Shown: in pieces, positions 37,247 to 49,810 of the stretch | Numbering within the stretch: position 1 is the first letter of the stretch | How the letters are laid out: every line of letters begins with the position of its first letter | The notes under the pieces: generated by a model | Told to the model about the DNA's origin: nothing | The model's database searches: none | Seen by the model: only the letters and a program-made list of their open reading frames with translations | Translations under genes and position numbers: made by a program | Assembly: GCA_032718475.1 (NCBI GenBank) | Contig: JAUCBJ010001225.1 | Location: 1-52,531 of the forward strand | Origin: Nemertoderma westbladi | Lineage: Eukaryota > Animalia > Xenacoelomorpha | Length of the DNA: 52,531 nt | Direction of reading: 5' to 3'

Positions 37247-38698
37247 CTTACACTGGAGCTTTTTATTCAGGAGCGCAATATATACAAATGTTAAAAATTA
37301 TTTGGGACTGATATTAAACAGCATCACGATACGGATCACTACAGCTTTTCAATGACGTTATGACCTATCATAATTCATCTATCCTACGTATTTACAATGG
37401 ATTTACAACCTTTGAAGTTATGATTCATCATTCATGCTAACTCTAATAGATTCATAGAGGCAAAGTTTTAGTGACAAATTAAATGTGTATTTCCTGTAAT
37501 TAATTGAAAGTTATTCCGCCAATGTACTTGGCTTTTGTTTGCTCAAAGTATATCATGCTGATGTACTTGTCTTATCGAGATGCGATTAACAGCGAGACGC
37601 CATAGGAATCACCTAAATTCTTCCACCTTCCTCTTATCAGGTTGCAGTTCGCCTCTTCCAGAACCCATCCTATCCTTCAGCTTTAAACCCACGTGAACGC
37701 CCGTTGCATAATCAATTAGTCGTTGCGAACCGGCTTTGTGGGGACCGGAATCGAATTTCAAAGCCGGTGACACGAATTCCTTAGTAGAATTTGTAGGACT
37801 CGGGTATATTTCCTGAGGCTAGAATCTCGCCAAGATATTTCTGGTATTCGTTGCCAATAATTGTTTCCTGCTGTGTTTTGTTCAAACGCGTTAACATCAA
37901 GTACCTGCACCGGTACTACTGTGTACAATATTTCATCTTTTTGATAATTACGAATGGAAGAGAATACAAAGAGACGAAAGAGTCATATGATGTTCGGTTC
38001 AGTTGAACCAAAACCAGGATGTTTTGATTTAGGGAGAACCTACATCACGTTCTTTCGGTTTTCTGTTTTTACCTTTTGAACGAGTCCTTAACGGTCGTAC
38101 TGGTATATTGGGTTCAGTAATATTGTATTTACTGGTAGTTCAGATATGATGTATTATCTTAGCCCTGTTGTTCTACGTTCTATCAATTGGTCTTGTTGGC
38201 AACCTTCGCATCAGATTTAGGACATTGGGAACATGAATTTCTCTGAGTCTCACATATTTTCACCCCTTTGTCCGGAATTATCTGATATGCCAACGGGATT
38301 ATCTTTCTTCTATTTGGTTTATGGAGGATGGTTGTTAATTTTGCAGCAGACTGCTAACCGCTATTCTGGAACAAAGGCTAAGTCTTTGATACAGTGTGTA
38401 TCGCAATGATCAGTGTGAAATTAAAGCTAGAGAATAACAATCCAAAACTGAACTCTACTGTAGTATCTCTTATGAGAGAGAATATAGTCAATTTGTGTTG
38501 GATTTGAATAATTTTGAATTTGCGTCAAGTTGTACCCACATGGGTTAATATAATGGTCATTGATAAAATGGAGTGGTTGGAAAAATTGTTTTGTTAGGTT
38601 GACGCTGCCCATAATGTCGTTTTCAATTTGAATTCAATTTGGAACCGGGGAATCTAAGAGTTATAACGAAGTTTAAAGCTTTAAATTTAATTACTGCA

Positions 38699-38956
38699 CA
38701 GACATTTCGTTTTAATAACGCATACCATTATCAATGCTAAAATAATGCGAACTTCGCAATATAAGACAAGAAATACACAAAATTTACAAAAAAGCAACGA
38801 AAGCACAAAATTTAGCTATATCTAAAAAGATGCCTGTTATGCCCCTTTTTGCTTTTTTTTGAGTAAATTTTGTGTAGGCATTATCTGAAATTTAGTACAG
38901 TAGTTCGCATTATTTTAGCATTGATAATGATTTGCGTTATTAAAACGAAATGTCTG
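38699..38956. mobile_element. MITE with about 55-bp near-perfect TIRs
   Basis: CAGACATTTCGTTTTAATAACGCATACCATTATCAATGCTAAAATAATGCGAACT ... AGTTCGCATTATTTTAGCATTGATAATGATTTGCGTTATTAAAACGAAATGTCTG; inner arms also pair. Confidence 0.85.
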
Positions 38957-40039
38957 CATTAATGAATATAGAAGTTTTATCGCTGGATTTATTCTGATGC
39001 TGCTTTTCATCCTACAACAGCATCATTACGTTTTTCGGTATCACACCAGATTCCCAATGCAGTGAAGGTTTGGCCGAATGCATACATATACAACTATGAT
39101 AGGTGGAAGTGAAATGACACTGTATGTCAATATGGTCTGTTTTTAATATTCATTATTATTTATTAAATATAAAAAAATAAATATAAAAATATAATTAATA
39201 TAAATAATTAACTAATATTTTTTATATTCGGTATTCAATTGCCTAAGTTCCGGTACGACAAACTGTAACTGACCCAATTCGATTCAACGTCAAGAAAAAC
39301 CTATTGTGAACTAATTGACCGTCACATTTTGTGAGAAATTTAGCAGCACAGCAATCATCGGTGGCAATGTATTCTATCGATGTTGGTTCAGCAAAAATTC
39401 CCACAAACATTTGAGACTTATCATTTAGTCATCAAGAGCAGATAGTAGTATCAGATCAGCAGACATTTAAAGATAGGAAAGTAGTCGTTTTTGCGTAAAT
39501 ATTACCCAAAATTTCCAATATGACATTGAGTGTAGAGTGCAACACATACACACACAAGACATAGAGATCATATAAAGAGATCACATAAAGAGATCATGTT
39601 ACATGACTTTCTGCATTGCTTGGGCCTATTCATGCATTGCTGGATAAACTCTATCAAACGCGCAAGTAAGTTCTCCTAACATTGATGGTATTCCTTTCGT
39701 AGTTAAAACATGTCTCAGCGGTCAAATGTCACATTATTGAATAAGGTGTGTGGGATGTACATGTTCTGGTAGGTTTTGTTACAACGGTTGTTCGACCAGG
39801 TAGCCCTGCAGGGGGAATATTTACGTCACATTTTGAATGATCAAATGGCTCTAATATCAATCCATATTGTCACAGAATATTACCATATTTTTGCATTGAA
39901 GTGTAAAGTATAGTTTTCTCGAGCGGGATGTCCTGTGTCCAACCAGTTGAAGAGTGTTCCAGGGTGAAGGTCTGAATGAGAAGGAGATCCGAAGATCCGA
40001 AAAAAGCGCCATTACTGGACACTTTCGGACCATCGTCTC

Positions 40040-40225
40040 TTCGGTTCTCTCCGAAGTTGACTCGTGGTCTCAAGCAAGGTTCATTAATCTCACCTGTACT
40101 ATTCACCTTCTATATCGGATTCTTACCAGATAAACTGAAGAAATCGGGAAAACTGGCATCATACTCCCATCTCTTCTGTTACGCGGATGATTTATTTGTA
40201 ACCGGGGAGTCAGTTAAAGATCTAA
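40040..40225 (+). pseudogene. Non-LTR reverse transcriptase fragment
   Basis: RGLKQGSLISPVLFTFYI...LFCYADDL (RT QG and YADD motifs); homology appears lost on both sides. Confidence 0.75.
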
Positions 40226-41224
40226 CTCTTTCACGTTGCAAGCTATTATTAAATGCGATATGCCTGTTTATATGTGTATTTATGGGCAAAGATAATATTA
40301 TATTAATTTATTGTATATGTCAAGAGATATAAAAACCTCTTAAATTTGTATCACTTGTAGATAAAAAAAAATGAGCTACTCTCATAAGAAGATATTGAAG
40401 TTAGGGACTTCCAGAGGGCCTGCTTTCTTAGGGGTTGTTGTTTAGCAGGAGCCCGTCATCCATGATAGCCGTGATGGTCTGCACTAAGACTTCAACTGGA
40501 CAGTGAGCTCTCCAATGGGCAGGGCTGAGTAGGTGAAGAAGTTTAAGTAAAAATTAAAATGGAATGCGGGTAGGCATAATGAGGATGGAATTGTGATAAC
40601 AAAGTTTATTTAGTAAGTATCAAACGAATAAGAATATTGTTGTATAAATTAGAACCATAGAGAAACAGCAGCAGTTATCGGCTTATAGATCGAACTATAA
40701 TAATTAATTGATTATGTATTGATTTATTGACTCAATGATAATTGCTGATCATCTCGTATATTTTTATAATAATATGTATTTCAGAGTTTAAATATATATA
40801 TTCTCAAATTCCATTGTTATCAATTAGCTTAATTTTATAACAACTATGTTTAACACTTATTATACTAGGCCTATATTAATTTAACAATTTACATAAAATG
40901 TATTATATGTAATAATTGAGATTACCCTGCTAAGAAATAATATAACTTAGAGAACACAAAAATAATATAGTTAGTAGAGATTCTTTTGAAATTCCATAAA
41001 CTGAATAAGAGCCATTTAATTCGCCACATTCAGAGAAATCAATAACCGAATATTATATACATTTTTACCATTTGTCTGCAATAAAAATTTGTCAAAATAC
41101 AATAAAGAAGTAATGTTATTGAATCAAATAGAGAGTAATATTAATTAAATAAGAAGCATTAACTGACATTCATTTTCAAGCCATTGTTTAATGTAATAAC
41201 TATTTACCTACTTGTGTGTAAAGT

Positions 41225-41325
41225 AGCACTTTACAGTGTGATGATCCGAGTGGCTTTGTTACACGAACGAACGTTAGTGAGTGAATGAAAATAAAGCCAC
41301 GAGGATCAGAACACTGTAAAGTGCT
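41225..41325. repeat. About 100-nt imperfect hairpin
   Basis: AGCACTTTACAGTGT..GATCC.AGTGGCTTT pairs with AAAGCCAC.AGGATC..ACACTGTAAAGTGCT. Confidence 0.8.
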
Positions 41326-41613
41326 TTGCAACAAGTATGTATGTAGTTTTATTCCAAAATTGTAACATTACGAAATGATTGTATATATATTATAAGTGAT
41401 GGAAACTGCACAAATTAAATTAGTTTCTGTATAAATAAGTGTAAAAATTACATAAATTATGTTATAAAAAGATAGCTTATATTTATGGTGGCGTTTCGAG
41501 CCATTTTAATAGTTCATAGCTACTGGTTATTAATAGTTGCCGGTAGGTAATGCAGTACATAGGCCTATCTGGCTGTCAGGCAATTTAATATAAACGCCTC
41601 CGTGTAACCGTGC

Positions 41614-42865
41614 CAGAGGCGTAGCTAGGGGTTGTGGCGCTGGGTGCAAGCAGTTTTTTGGCGCCCCCAGAAAAAAAAACAAAAATATTATACATCACAA
41701 GAAACAAGATCACTAAACACCTCATGTTGTATCTCAGATTAAGGGGCGGGGGGGTGGGGGGGACTTGCTTGGAAGTCAACATTTTGAATTGTTTACTGCA
41801 CCAAAGATCGATTAAGTAGAAAAAAAGTGTAAGATATATAATGGGTGAACTATATTGAATTGTAATATTTTCAAAAAAAAATTCAAGTTTGACGCCCCTT
41901 AGCGGCCAGAGTCAATTTTTTTTAATTAAATTGTTTTAATCAGCATAGCAGATTACGTGGAAAAATTCGAGCTGAATTTGATTTTCGTACTTTTCATGAG
42001 AATTACCGCTATTTTTCAAAGTAATTTTCAAAAATGCACTGTTATTTTCGTAAAAAATGTTATATGTAGCAGATGAACAATTACAAAACTAAAAAAAACC
42101 ATTTGATACCAAAAACGTACATTTTAAAATTGGTTGCAAAACGGCGGCGGAGATGTGTTTTAAAAATGAAACAGATTTTTCTTTTATTGAAATCTAGTTA
42201 GTCTGTTTGTCTGTCTGTCGGCCTTTCTGACTATCCGACATTCCGTCAGTTAAATTTAAGAAAAGGGGAGACCATCTAGCTATTTAGTTATAGGGGTTTT
42301 CCTGGTCGCAGAATTCATTTCGAGTGTAAGAATTAACATTTGATGAATTTCAAATTGTCTGTATGGCTGCCGGTTATATTTGGACTGACAGACTGACAGG
42401 CATACAGACAGAAAAGACGAGGCCAAATTTGAATATTGATATCAAAAATGAAGTTACGGACCAAGAAACCCATATTGGAAATTTTTTAGACAGTGTATGT
42501 TTTCTATTTTTTTCGAGACATACTGAGACCTACTGTAGTACAGTAGTACATGCCTATAGTGCTGTTAGTAAGTAGGCGGGTAGGTGCAGTTAGTGTATAT
42601 GTGTACTGTACGTATATATGTTGTAGTGGGGTATGGAAGTTGATTCAGTACACATCAAGAGCGAGGGACACTGGTGCTCGTTCCAATTGGTTGAATGTTG
42701 TGAAAGTTGTTGTCTGAATAATATCTATTTTAAACTATAAATTACTTATCTTTATAAAATTTTTACTTGTTTCTTTATTTCAACATTCTAAGTTAGCTTT
42801 TGGCGCCCCTACCAGAATGGCGCTGGGTGTGTGTACAACCCTCTGAACCCCCCTAGATACGACTC
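41614..42865. mobile_element. Non-autonomous DNA transposon (hAT-like CAG-GGCGTAGCTAG termini) with nested repeat fragments
   Basis: Left CAGAGGCGTAGCTAGGGG, right CCCCTAGATACGACTC; internal TGGCGCCCC motifs near both ends. TSD not clear. Confidence 0.5.
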
Positions 42866-42894
42866 AACGCGTTTACGTGGTAACCAAAGAGTCC

Positions 42895-42955
42895 GGACAA
42901 TTGCGACCCGGTTAATTGCGACCCATGTTTTTAGTTGGCCGGGTCGCAATTGTCC
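42895..42955. repeat. 17-bp perfect inverted repeat (mini-MITE)
   Basis: GGACAATTGCGACCCGG ... CCGGGTCGCAATTGTCC. Confidence 0.8.
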
Positions 42956-43093
42956 TAACATCACTGATGATGATGATAAATGGGGATCAAAGACTACTCA
43001 GAATTCCAGAACAGTTCTGTTACCTCGAAAGAGTCTGCGCTGCTATACGGCGGTTAACTTTGGGATCTTACTGCAAAATACACCATATTCATG

Positions 43094-43224
43094 GAGTGTA
43101 TATAGAGTACACAAGGATACGCTGTGCTGGCTGGGTTCATGGCATAAAATACACCAAATTCCTTGAGTGTATATAGAGTACACAAGGATCCGCTGTGCTG
43201 GCTGGGTTCATGGCATAAAATACA
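43094..43224. repeat. 71-bp-period tandem duplication
   Basis: GAGTGTATATAGAGTACACAAGGAT.CGCTGTGCTGGCTGGGTTCATGGCATAAAATACA at 43094 and 43165. Confidence 0.9.
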
Positions 43225-46200
43225 AGCTCACTTAAAAACTATGCATTGTACAATATATATTAATATATATTGTATATGTAATATTAATATATATAATACA
43301 TATTCTTATGAATAACATGCTATGGAAACTAGAGGTTTCTGGAACCGTTTGTATGTCATTCCCGAAATATTATTTCGTAATTTATGTCTAAATTACTGAT
43401 TTTCTATCACAAATCCATCGGTTTGCAGTGGTTGTCATGGAAACTGAAAAATGGAACAGTGAAATTCGGATGCAGAATAAGTTATATAGTTGGGGTAGGG
43501 GTTAGTCCCAAGACGTTAGCCACCTTAGCCTTATACTTTAAATTAACATTTTATCATTTAGAACATCTGTTTAGCCCGGTTGTCATGGTAACTGTATTTT
43601 CTGATTAAACTCAATCGGCTCGGCTATGGCCCTTAGTGTTGAGTTGAAATATTCCAAGTTTATATCTATTAGAGTTTTGATACAAATAGAGTTATAAATA
43701 TTGATTTGAATTATATCGAATTTAATAAACTTCGGTTACCATGTACTATATGCACTATATATTTCTTTAATGTTTCGAGTTTTACAAAAAGTTCCAGTTT
43801 GTGGTCCAGATAACACATACCAAGTTTCAGAAAGTTTTATCATGAAGTCTATGTCCACATTATAATTTTTTTTATATATTAATATAATGTAAGCCTATAT
43901 ACCGAATAATGTTATTCATGAGATGTTCCATTGAAAAGATCAGGCTGTGCGTGATATGGTTCTATAGAAGCCGACTGGCGAGAAAATGTTGTGGTAACCC
44001 ATCGATATTGCCACGGGATTGATATGATAATACAGATGAATCGGGTATTACCATATATCTATCTATTATCGGCCCGCTCCCGCTCTGGGAATACATTTCC
44101 GATCGCGAACTGTGGAGTGTAGCGTTGCGGGTCAGTCGAGATTTAATGTTTATATGGATATCCTAACGCCAAATTCTACACGCGTTACCCATTTGAATTC
44201 CTGGTAAAAATTAATATTTATCGGACATTGCAACCAATTCGGACAGTAGTTTATTATTTATTGTGTCGTTTCGGACATTTTATTATTAATATTTATTTTC
44301 CAATATGGAAGATATATTTTTATGATATTAAATTTTACTTGGGAATCTTTTACCAAAGTTAAACCTCGTAGGGTGAAAATTCCAATGAAACAAGAACTCA
44401 AAAATACGTTCAGAATGGGTATAGCGGCACCAGCCACAGCCCAAGAGTAAAAAATTAATTTAAAAAGTTATGTTTAAAAGATCAAATATCACATCCCATG
44501 TGGAATAAGAAATTGATCCAACATTACAAAAAATACCGGTTTCAAAAAATTTGTTCAAAATGGATATGAAAAAAACTAAAAAAATATATATTAAACAAAA
44601 TAATTGCACCAAGGAACACAGTAGACCACCAAGGTCAGGCCATTTATACATTTTCACCCAATATTGTTTGATGATATCCCATGAACTGAATATTCCATTG
44701 ATATGTGTCATTTAGCTGATTTGATTACGTCATAATAAGTATAGTTGCTGTATATTTGTGTCTATATCTGAAAAAAAGGGGGGTGGGTGTGTTGACGCAA
44801 TCAAAATTAAATCTCCCCAGGGGAAATCAACGCAAATAACATCTGTTAAGATCATAAATGAAACCGTAAGATTGTATTCGAGTGATTCCCCCCACCTCCA
44901 CCTGTTTCTAATGTCGATACTATTGTGCAACTATGCTAGGATAGGAGTTCATGACATGTCAAAAACCAGTTGTACTATACTAATACATCATACATCTCTA
45001 AAAAATCTATGATGGGTAGGTGGGATAAGAGGTCCTGATATATGAAAGCCGTTTTTTTTTGGAGTTAATTGCGTGTTTCATTATCAGAGGGGATTCGATC
45101 ATTGCAGACAAGGACCCTCACCCGATGATGGTTTAAATCTGTAAAACTGAAGGATTCCCAAGAGGCCAAGTCAGGAAATGACAATGATTGAAGTATTTAA
45201 ATGAACGTCGCACCAGATTCATGATCAAACAAAGGACCAACTTCCGACTCCAATGGAAGGGGATGATCTATAGACGTAATTTCTTTAAAATTCTGGAGCC
45301 ATCAATAATGATAATTATCTATTTTGGTAAAAGGATCAGCGTAAAATGCCTGAATTCTAAAAAAAATATACTCTAAAAAAAGTAGAGGCATGTTATAGTT
45401 TCGATTTAGCATATCTGCCATTCTCCTATTTGCGTTAATTTAACTCTGATGAGAGAGTTAAATTTGTCATGTGTCCAGTCCACCATCATATCTGCCTAGC
45501 TTATACATTACCTTAACCATGCTATTTTTAATGGCCTAACAACTCAAGAAAAAATTGTCAGTATACAGTACCCAATGTTATATTCCTGCCTAAATCGGAA
45601 GTGGGCACGCCCTTGATATCACGAGGCGCGCAAGTTATCGAACCTCACATCTCAATCTGTCGCAACACAAATTCATTGTATTTATCAGCAAACATAATTA
45701 GGGGATAGTTGTCTAGTTATGGGTTAGCCTATGTCCATCATTAGTCTTAATAAAATCTTGTTCACTAATAAAATCTTGTTGTAATTGTGTTCACTAAACC
45801 AGTAGTACTCCTGTGTTGTACTCATCCGTACAAGTTTTTCTACCACTAGAGTTTCAGTTAGGAAGACGTTGCTCGTTTCAAAATAATTACGACGAGAATT
45901 TAAATCGCTAGGAATTAAACTGCTAGGAGAATAAACCCACGCATAAAATAATTTGTTCCGCTTTAAATAATTCTGATTGACTGAACGAAACACTAATGTA
46001 AAATCAACTATGAAGAAATGTTTGGGGAGAAAGGTAATAATTTACATAATTCATTAATTCATTTTAGAATTTTTCATGAATTTATTGCGCCATTGTGTAT
46101 TTGAAGTGACATGTGTACCCATTACATTCATATTTTATGAATTTTTAAACTCATTGAAGCCTTCGTTATTTTTAGCTGTTTAGCCACCATTATTATCCTT

Positions 46201-46635
46201 CACAAATGAGTTGTCCTATATACTCCTACCCCTTACATTACGTAAGCTACTCAACTCACTCAATTGTTATAATTTGTTAAGTAATTTTAAATAATTTATT
46301 TTATCCGAGCCGTGGGTCATGTCTTCTGATATTGTCGAAAATATAATGAGATCTATTTTGCCGTTTTCATTAATAATTGGCTTGGGGACGCAGCAAACTT
46401 CGCCCTCGAGAAAGCATCGCCCGCGAGCAATATTTGCCCTCAAAATGAGTGTTAACAACCTTGTTTATTGTTTTGGTTAGAAAAATTATGTTTCTGTAAC
46501 CTATCGTGTCTGTAACCTGCTCCTTTCCCCCAATCGGGCGCAGGTTGGGCTGACGGTTGATAAATACTATGATAGCAAGCAAACAAACAGTCGGTCGAAG
46601 CCGGAGGTGACCCGAAATCTCCCCTTTCGATAGCT

Positions 46636-47822
46636 TCTACCCAAGGGTAGGGGTGAGCGCTACTCCTATCTGCTACCCGAATGTAGGGGTGGGCGCTATT
46701 CATATCTGCTACCCAAGGGTAGGGGTGGGCGCTACTCCTATCTGCTACCCAAGGGTAGGGGTGGGCGCTATTGCTATCTGCTACCCAAGGGTAGGGTTGG
46801 GCGCTACTCCTATCTGCTACCCAAGGGTAGGGGTGGGCGCTATTGCTATCTGCTACCCAAGGGTAGGGGTGGGCGCTACTCCTACCTGCTACCCAAGGGT
46901 AGGGGTGGGCGCTATTGCTATCTGCTACCCAAGGGTAGGGGTGGGCGCTATTGCTATCTGCTACCCAAGGGTAGGGGTGGGCGCTACTCCTATCTGCTAC
47001 CCAAGGGTAGGGGTGGGTGCTATTGCTATCTGCTACCAAAGGGTAGGCGTGGGCGCTATTCCTATCTGCTACCCAAGGGTAGGGGTGGGCGCTACTCCTA
47101 TCTGCTACCCAAGGTTAGGGGTGGGCGCTATTACTATCTGCTACCCAAGGGTAGGGGTGGGCGCTACTCCTATCTGCTACCCGAATGTAGGGGTGGGCGC
47201 TATTCATATCTGCTACCCAAGGGTAGGGGTGGGCGCTACTCCTATCTGCTACCCAAGGGTAGGGGTGGGCGCTATTGCTATCTGCTACCCAAGGGTAGGG
47301 TTGGGCGCTACTCCTATCTGCTACCCAAGGGTAGGGGTGGGCGCTATTGCTATCTGCTACCCAAGGGTAGGGGTGGGCGCTACTCCTACCTGCTACCCAA
47401 GGGTAGGGGTGGGCGCTATTGCTATCTGCTACCCAAGGGTAGGGGTGGGCGCTATTGCTATCTGCTACCCAAGGGTAGGGGTGGGCGCTACTCCTATCTG
47501 CTACCCAAGGGTAGGGGTGGGTGCTATTGCTATCTGCTACCAAAGGGTAGGCGTGGGCGCTATTCCTATCTGCTACCCAAGGGTAGGGGTGGGCGCTACT
47601 CCTATCTGCTACCCAAGGTTAGGGGTGGGCGCTATTACTATCTGCTACCCAAGGGTAGGGGTGGGCGCTACTCCTATCTGCTACCCAAGGGTAGGGGTGG
47701 GCACTACTCCTATCTGCTACCCAAGGGAAGGGGTGGGCGCTATTGCTATCTGCTACCCAAGGATAGGGGTGGGCGCTACTCCTATCTGCTACCCAAGGGT
47801 AGGGGTGGGCGCTACTCCTATC
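46636..47822. repeat. 36-bp G-rich minisatellite, about 33 copies, including a 504-bp (14-unit) block duplication
   Basis: CTACCCAAGGGTAGGGGTGGGCGCTACTCCTATCTG. Rare variants (CCGAATGTAG, CAAAGGGTAGGCG) recur 504 bp apart. Confidence 0.95.
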
Positions 47823-47834
47823 TCAAGATTTGCT

Positions 47835-47900
47835 CCCAGTTATTCAACTGGTACTCATTTTATCGACCACAGGGGATGAAAGGCTGCGTGGTTCCAATCA
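47835..47900 (-). mobile_element. SINE central conserved domain (Deu/Nin-like)
   Basis: Minus strand CAGCCTTTCATCCCCTGTGGTCGATAAAATGAGTACCAG resembles the CAGCCTTTCATCCTTCCGAGGTCGATAAAATGAGTACC core of Deu/Nin-domain SINEs (recalled from memory, not searched). Confidence 0.55.
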
Positions 47901-48521
47901 GGGCTCGACCTGACCAAGGCGCGGATCCAGGTATTTATTTCGGAGGGGACTAAGACACCCAAGATACACATTTTTTATACATTATACTTATTGTTATTAT
48001 GTATATGTCATTTTCGGGTTTTATTATATTATGCCAATTTGCGCCGCTTGGAGGCGAATATAAAAAAAATTAGATTGAAATTGAATTATATTGTATAAAC
48101 TTTTCATTAATCGAGAATTCTGTTGGAAATACCCAGACAATACTGAGATGAGAGAGTGCCTGCCAAGAGAGTGACAAAGTTGGTCTTGATTTGAGTATCT
48201 GACTATGATATTGTCTTTGAAGTTGATTAGTCTCACATTAACTAATAGAACCCAACTTCTTTTAACAAATTTAGAAGAAGTGGAATCTGGTTTTTATTGC
48301 AATTAAATTTGCATTAGTTAGTCTCCATTTACAAAATAAATTCTGCTTACAATTTAATCAAGTATTTGGTTATTTAAAGTCACCTATTTATTTATAATAT
48401 AATAAATAATAAATGTTTGACATTTTTGTTAATTACCTTGTACGTTAAGTGTCTGCATCAACATAAGACAATAATAGTTAGCATTGTATCACATTGAGAG
48501 TTCATTATAAAGATAGATGAT

Positions 48522-48832
48522 TTACTTTCCACCGAGGTCCCAGTTGAGCCCTCGTTTGTTATTCTCGCGATCAAGAGCGCGTTTTTTACCTCCAAGATCC
48601 CAGTTCAGCCCTCTTTTTCCACCAAGATCCCAATTAAGCCCTCGTTTTCCACCAAGATCCCAATTCAGACCTCGTTTTCCACCAAGATCCCAATTCAGAC
48701 CTCTTTTCTTTCCACCTAAATCCCAATTGAGACCTCGTTTTGATATTATCGGCCGCTTCCCACCCAAGTCCCATCCGATTGGTCGTTTATCATTGGGATC
48801 AACCTCTGCATCCACGGAACTCAAAATATAAC
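48522..48832 (-). CDS. Multicopy neuropeptide precursor, terminal exon (GLNWDLG-amide x6, PIGWDLG-amide x1)
   Basis: KR/KKR-flanked repeats ending GG (amide donor), an acidic spacer and synonymous codon variation among copies. Acceptor tttttttag at 48833-48834 (phase 1); AATAAA at 48387-48392; signal-peptide exon not found. Confidence 0.88.
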
Positions 48833-49409
48833 CTAAAAAAATCATTAAACACGAATCATTAATTATCTCTTATAAATTTTATCAATTCAGTTACTAATGA
48901 TAACTAAACCAGTAAATCACTCACCATAAGGCAATGAATTTATGTAAACAAAATCTCAATAATAAAGTAAAAGATGTGTATGAACCATGGCCTACTACAC
49001 ACAGGCCATGACAAGGACTTTGCTGTGAAATTAGATAGGCTGACTTGTTGGACTTACACTGTCAGACAGTAACCACTGTAGGTCTGGTAGTTTTGTTGTA
49101 GTGTTGTATCTTATACCTGTATTACTGTATTACCGGTAGGCATATACCTGTATACAGTATACAATACCTGTGTCCCCTCCCCTTCCACTCTTATTGTGTT
49201 CCTTCGGAAGAGGGGGGACGACCGCGACTGCCTGTGACATGGTTTTGCACTAATCAATAATGCAATAAAGCAATACTGCAATAAGTCTAAAATCTAAATG
49301 ATCTTTTTAATTAGGCTGTTAGGCCTGTTATCATACGTATTTGCTTGCCAATAAGTCTATTGTTTTTAATTGCTTATTTACCAGTAATAATTCCTTAACA
49401 ACTTAATAT

Positions 49410-49713
49410 ATGCATTATAAATGCTGCGTCTTTGGATGCAATTCAAACTATGATAGGCCTCACCTAAAGTCGGAAGTACCGGTACCTGCAGTGAAGGTGT
49501 TTAGCTTCCCAAACGATGAAGTGGAGCGAAGTGCATGGATTCGGGTTTTGCCAAATGCTGGGTTTGAATTCACTAAAAATAAACATATCTGTGAGAAACA
49601 CTGGCCTCTCGGTTATGCAACGAGGGTGGTTCGAGGTGGTGCCCATGTTCCCATCATCGCACCCAGCATATTCAAATCGGTACCGTCTTCTTGTTTGCCA
49701 TCTCCAAACGCTC
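49410..49713 (+). CDS. THAP zinc-finger domain protein / P-element-like transposase N-terminus, truncated by library adapter
   Basis: MHYKCCVFGC..KVFSFPNDEVERSAWIRVLP..KHICEKHW..APSIF has the THAP C2CH signature, conserved P and W, and an AVPTIF-like box. Confidence 0.85.
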
Positions 49714-49810
49714 AGTACTCTGCGTTGATACCACTGCTTNNNNNNNNNNNNNNNNNNNNNNNNNNNNNNNNNNNNNNNNNNNNNAAGCAGTGGTATCAAC
49801 GCAGAGTACT
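49714..49810. other. Library adapter artefact: inverted AAGCAGTGGTATCAACGCAGAGTACT copies around 45 Ns
   Basis: Exact SMART/ISPCR-type sequence, also used as the PacBio ultra-low-input amplification adapter, at 49785-49810 and reverse complement at 49714-49739. The 45 Ns match the SMRTbell hairpin length. Confidence 0.95.

Noticed and set aside
44990-45115. Harbinger/ISL2EU-type transposase relic (YISK..GR, GDSIIADK)
   Set aside because: Only two short motif resemblances in broken frames; needs tBLASTn or an HMM search to support.
46452-47879. Repeat proteins (CYPRVGVGATPI)n / (HPYPWVADRSSA)n
   Set aside because: 36-bp minisatellite open by chance; many variants change amino acids and no exon context was seen.
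48517-48831. (PPRSQ..PRF)n ORF on the + strand
   Set aside because: Antisense of the neuropeptide; variation is synonymous in the minus frame.
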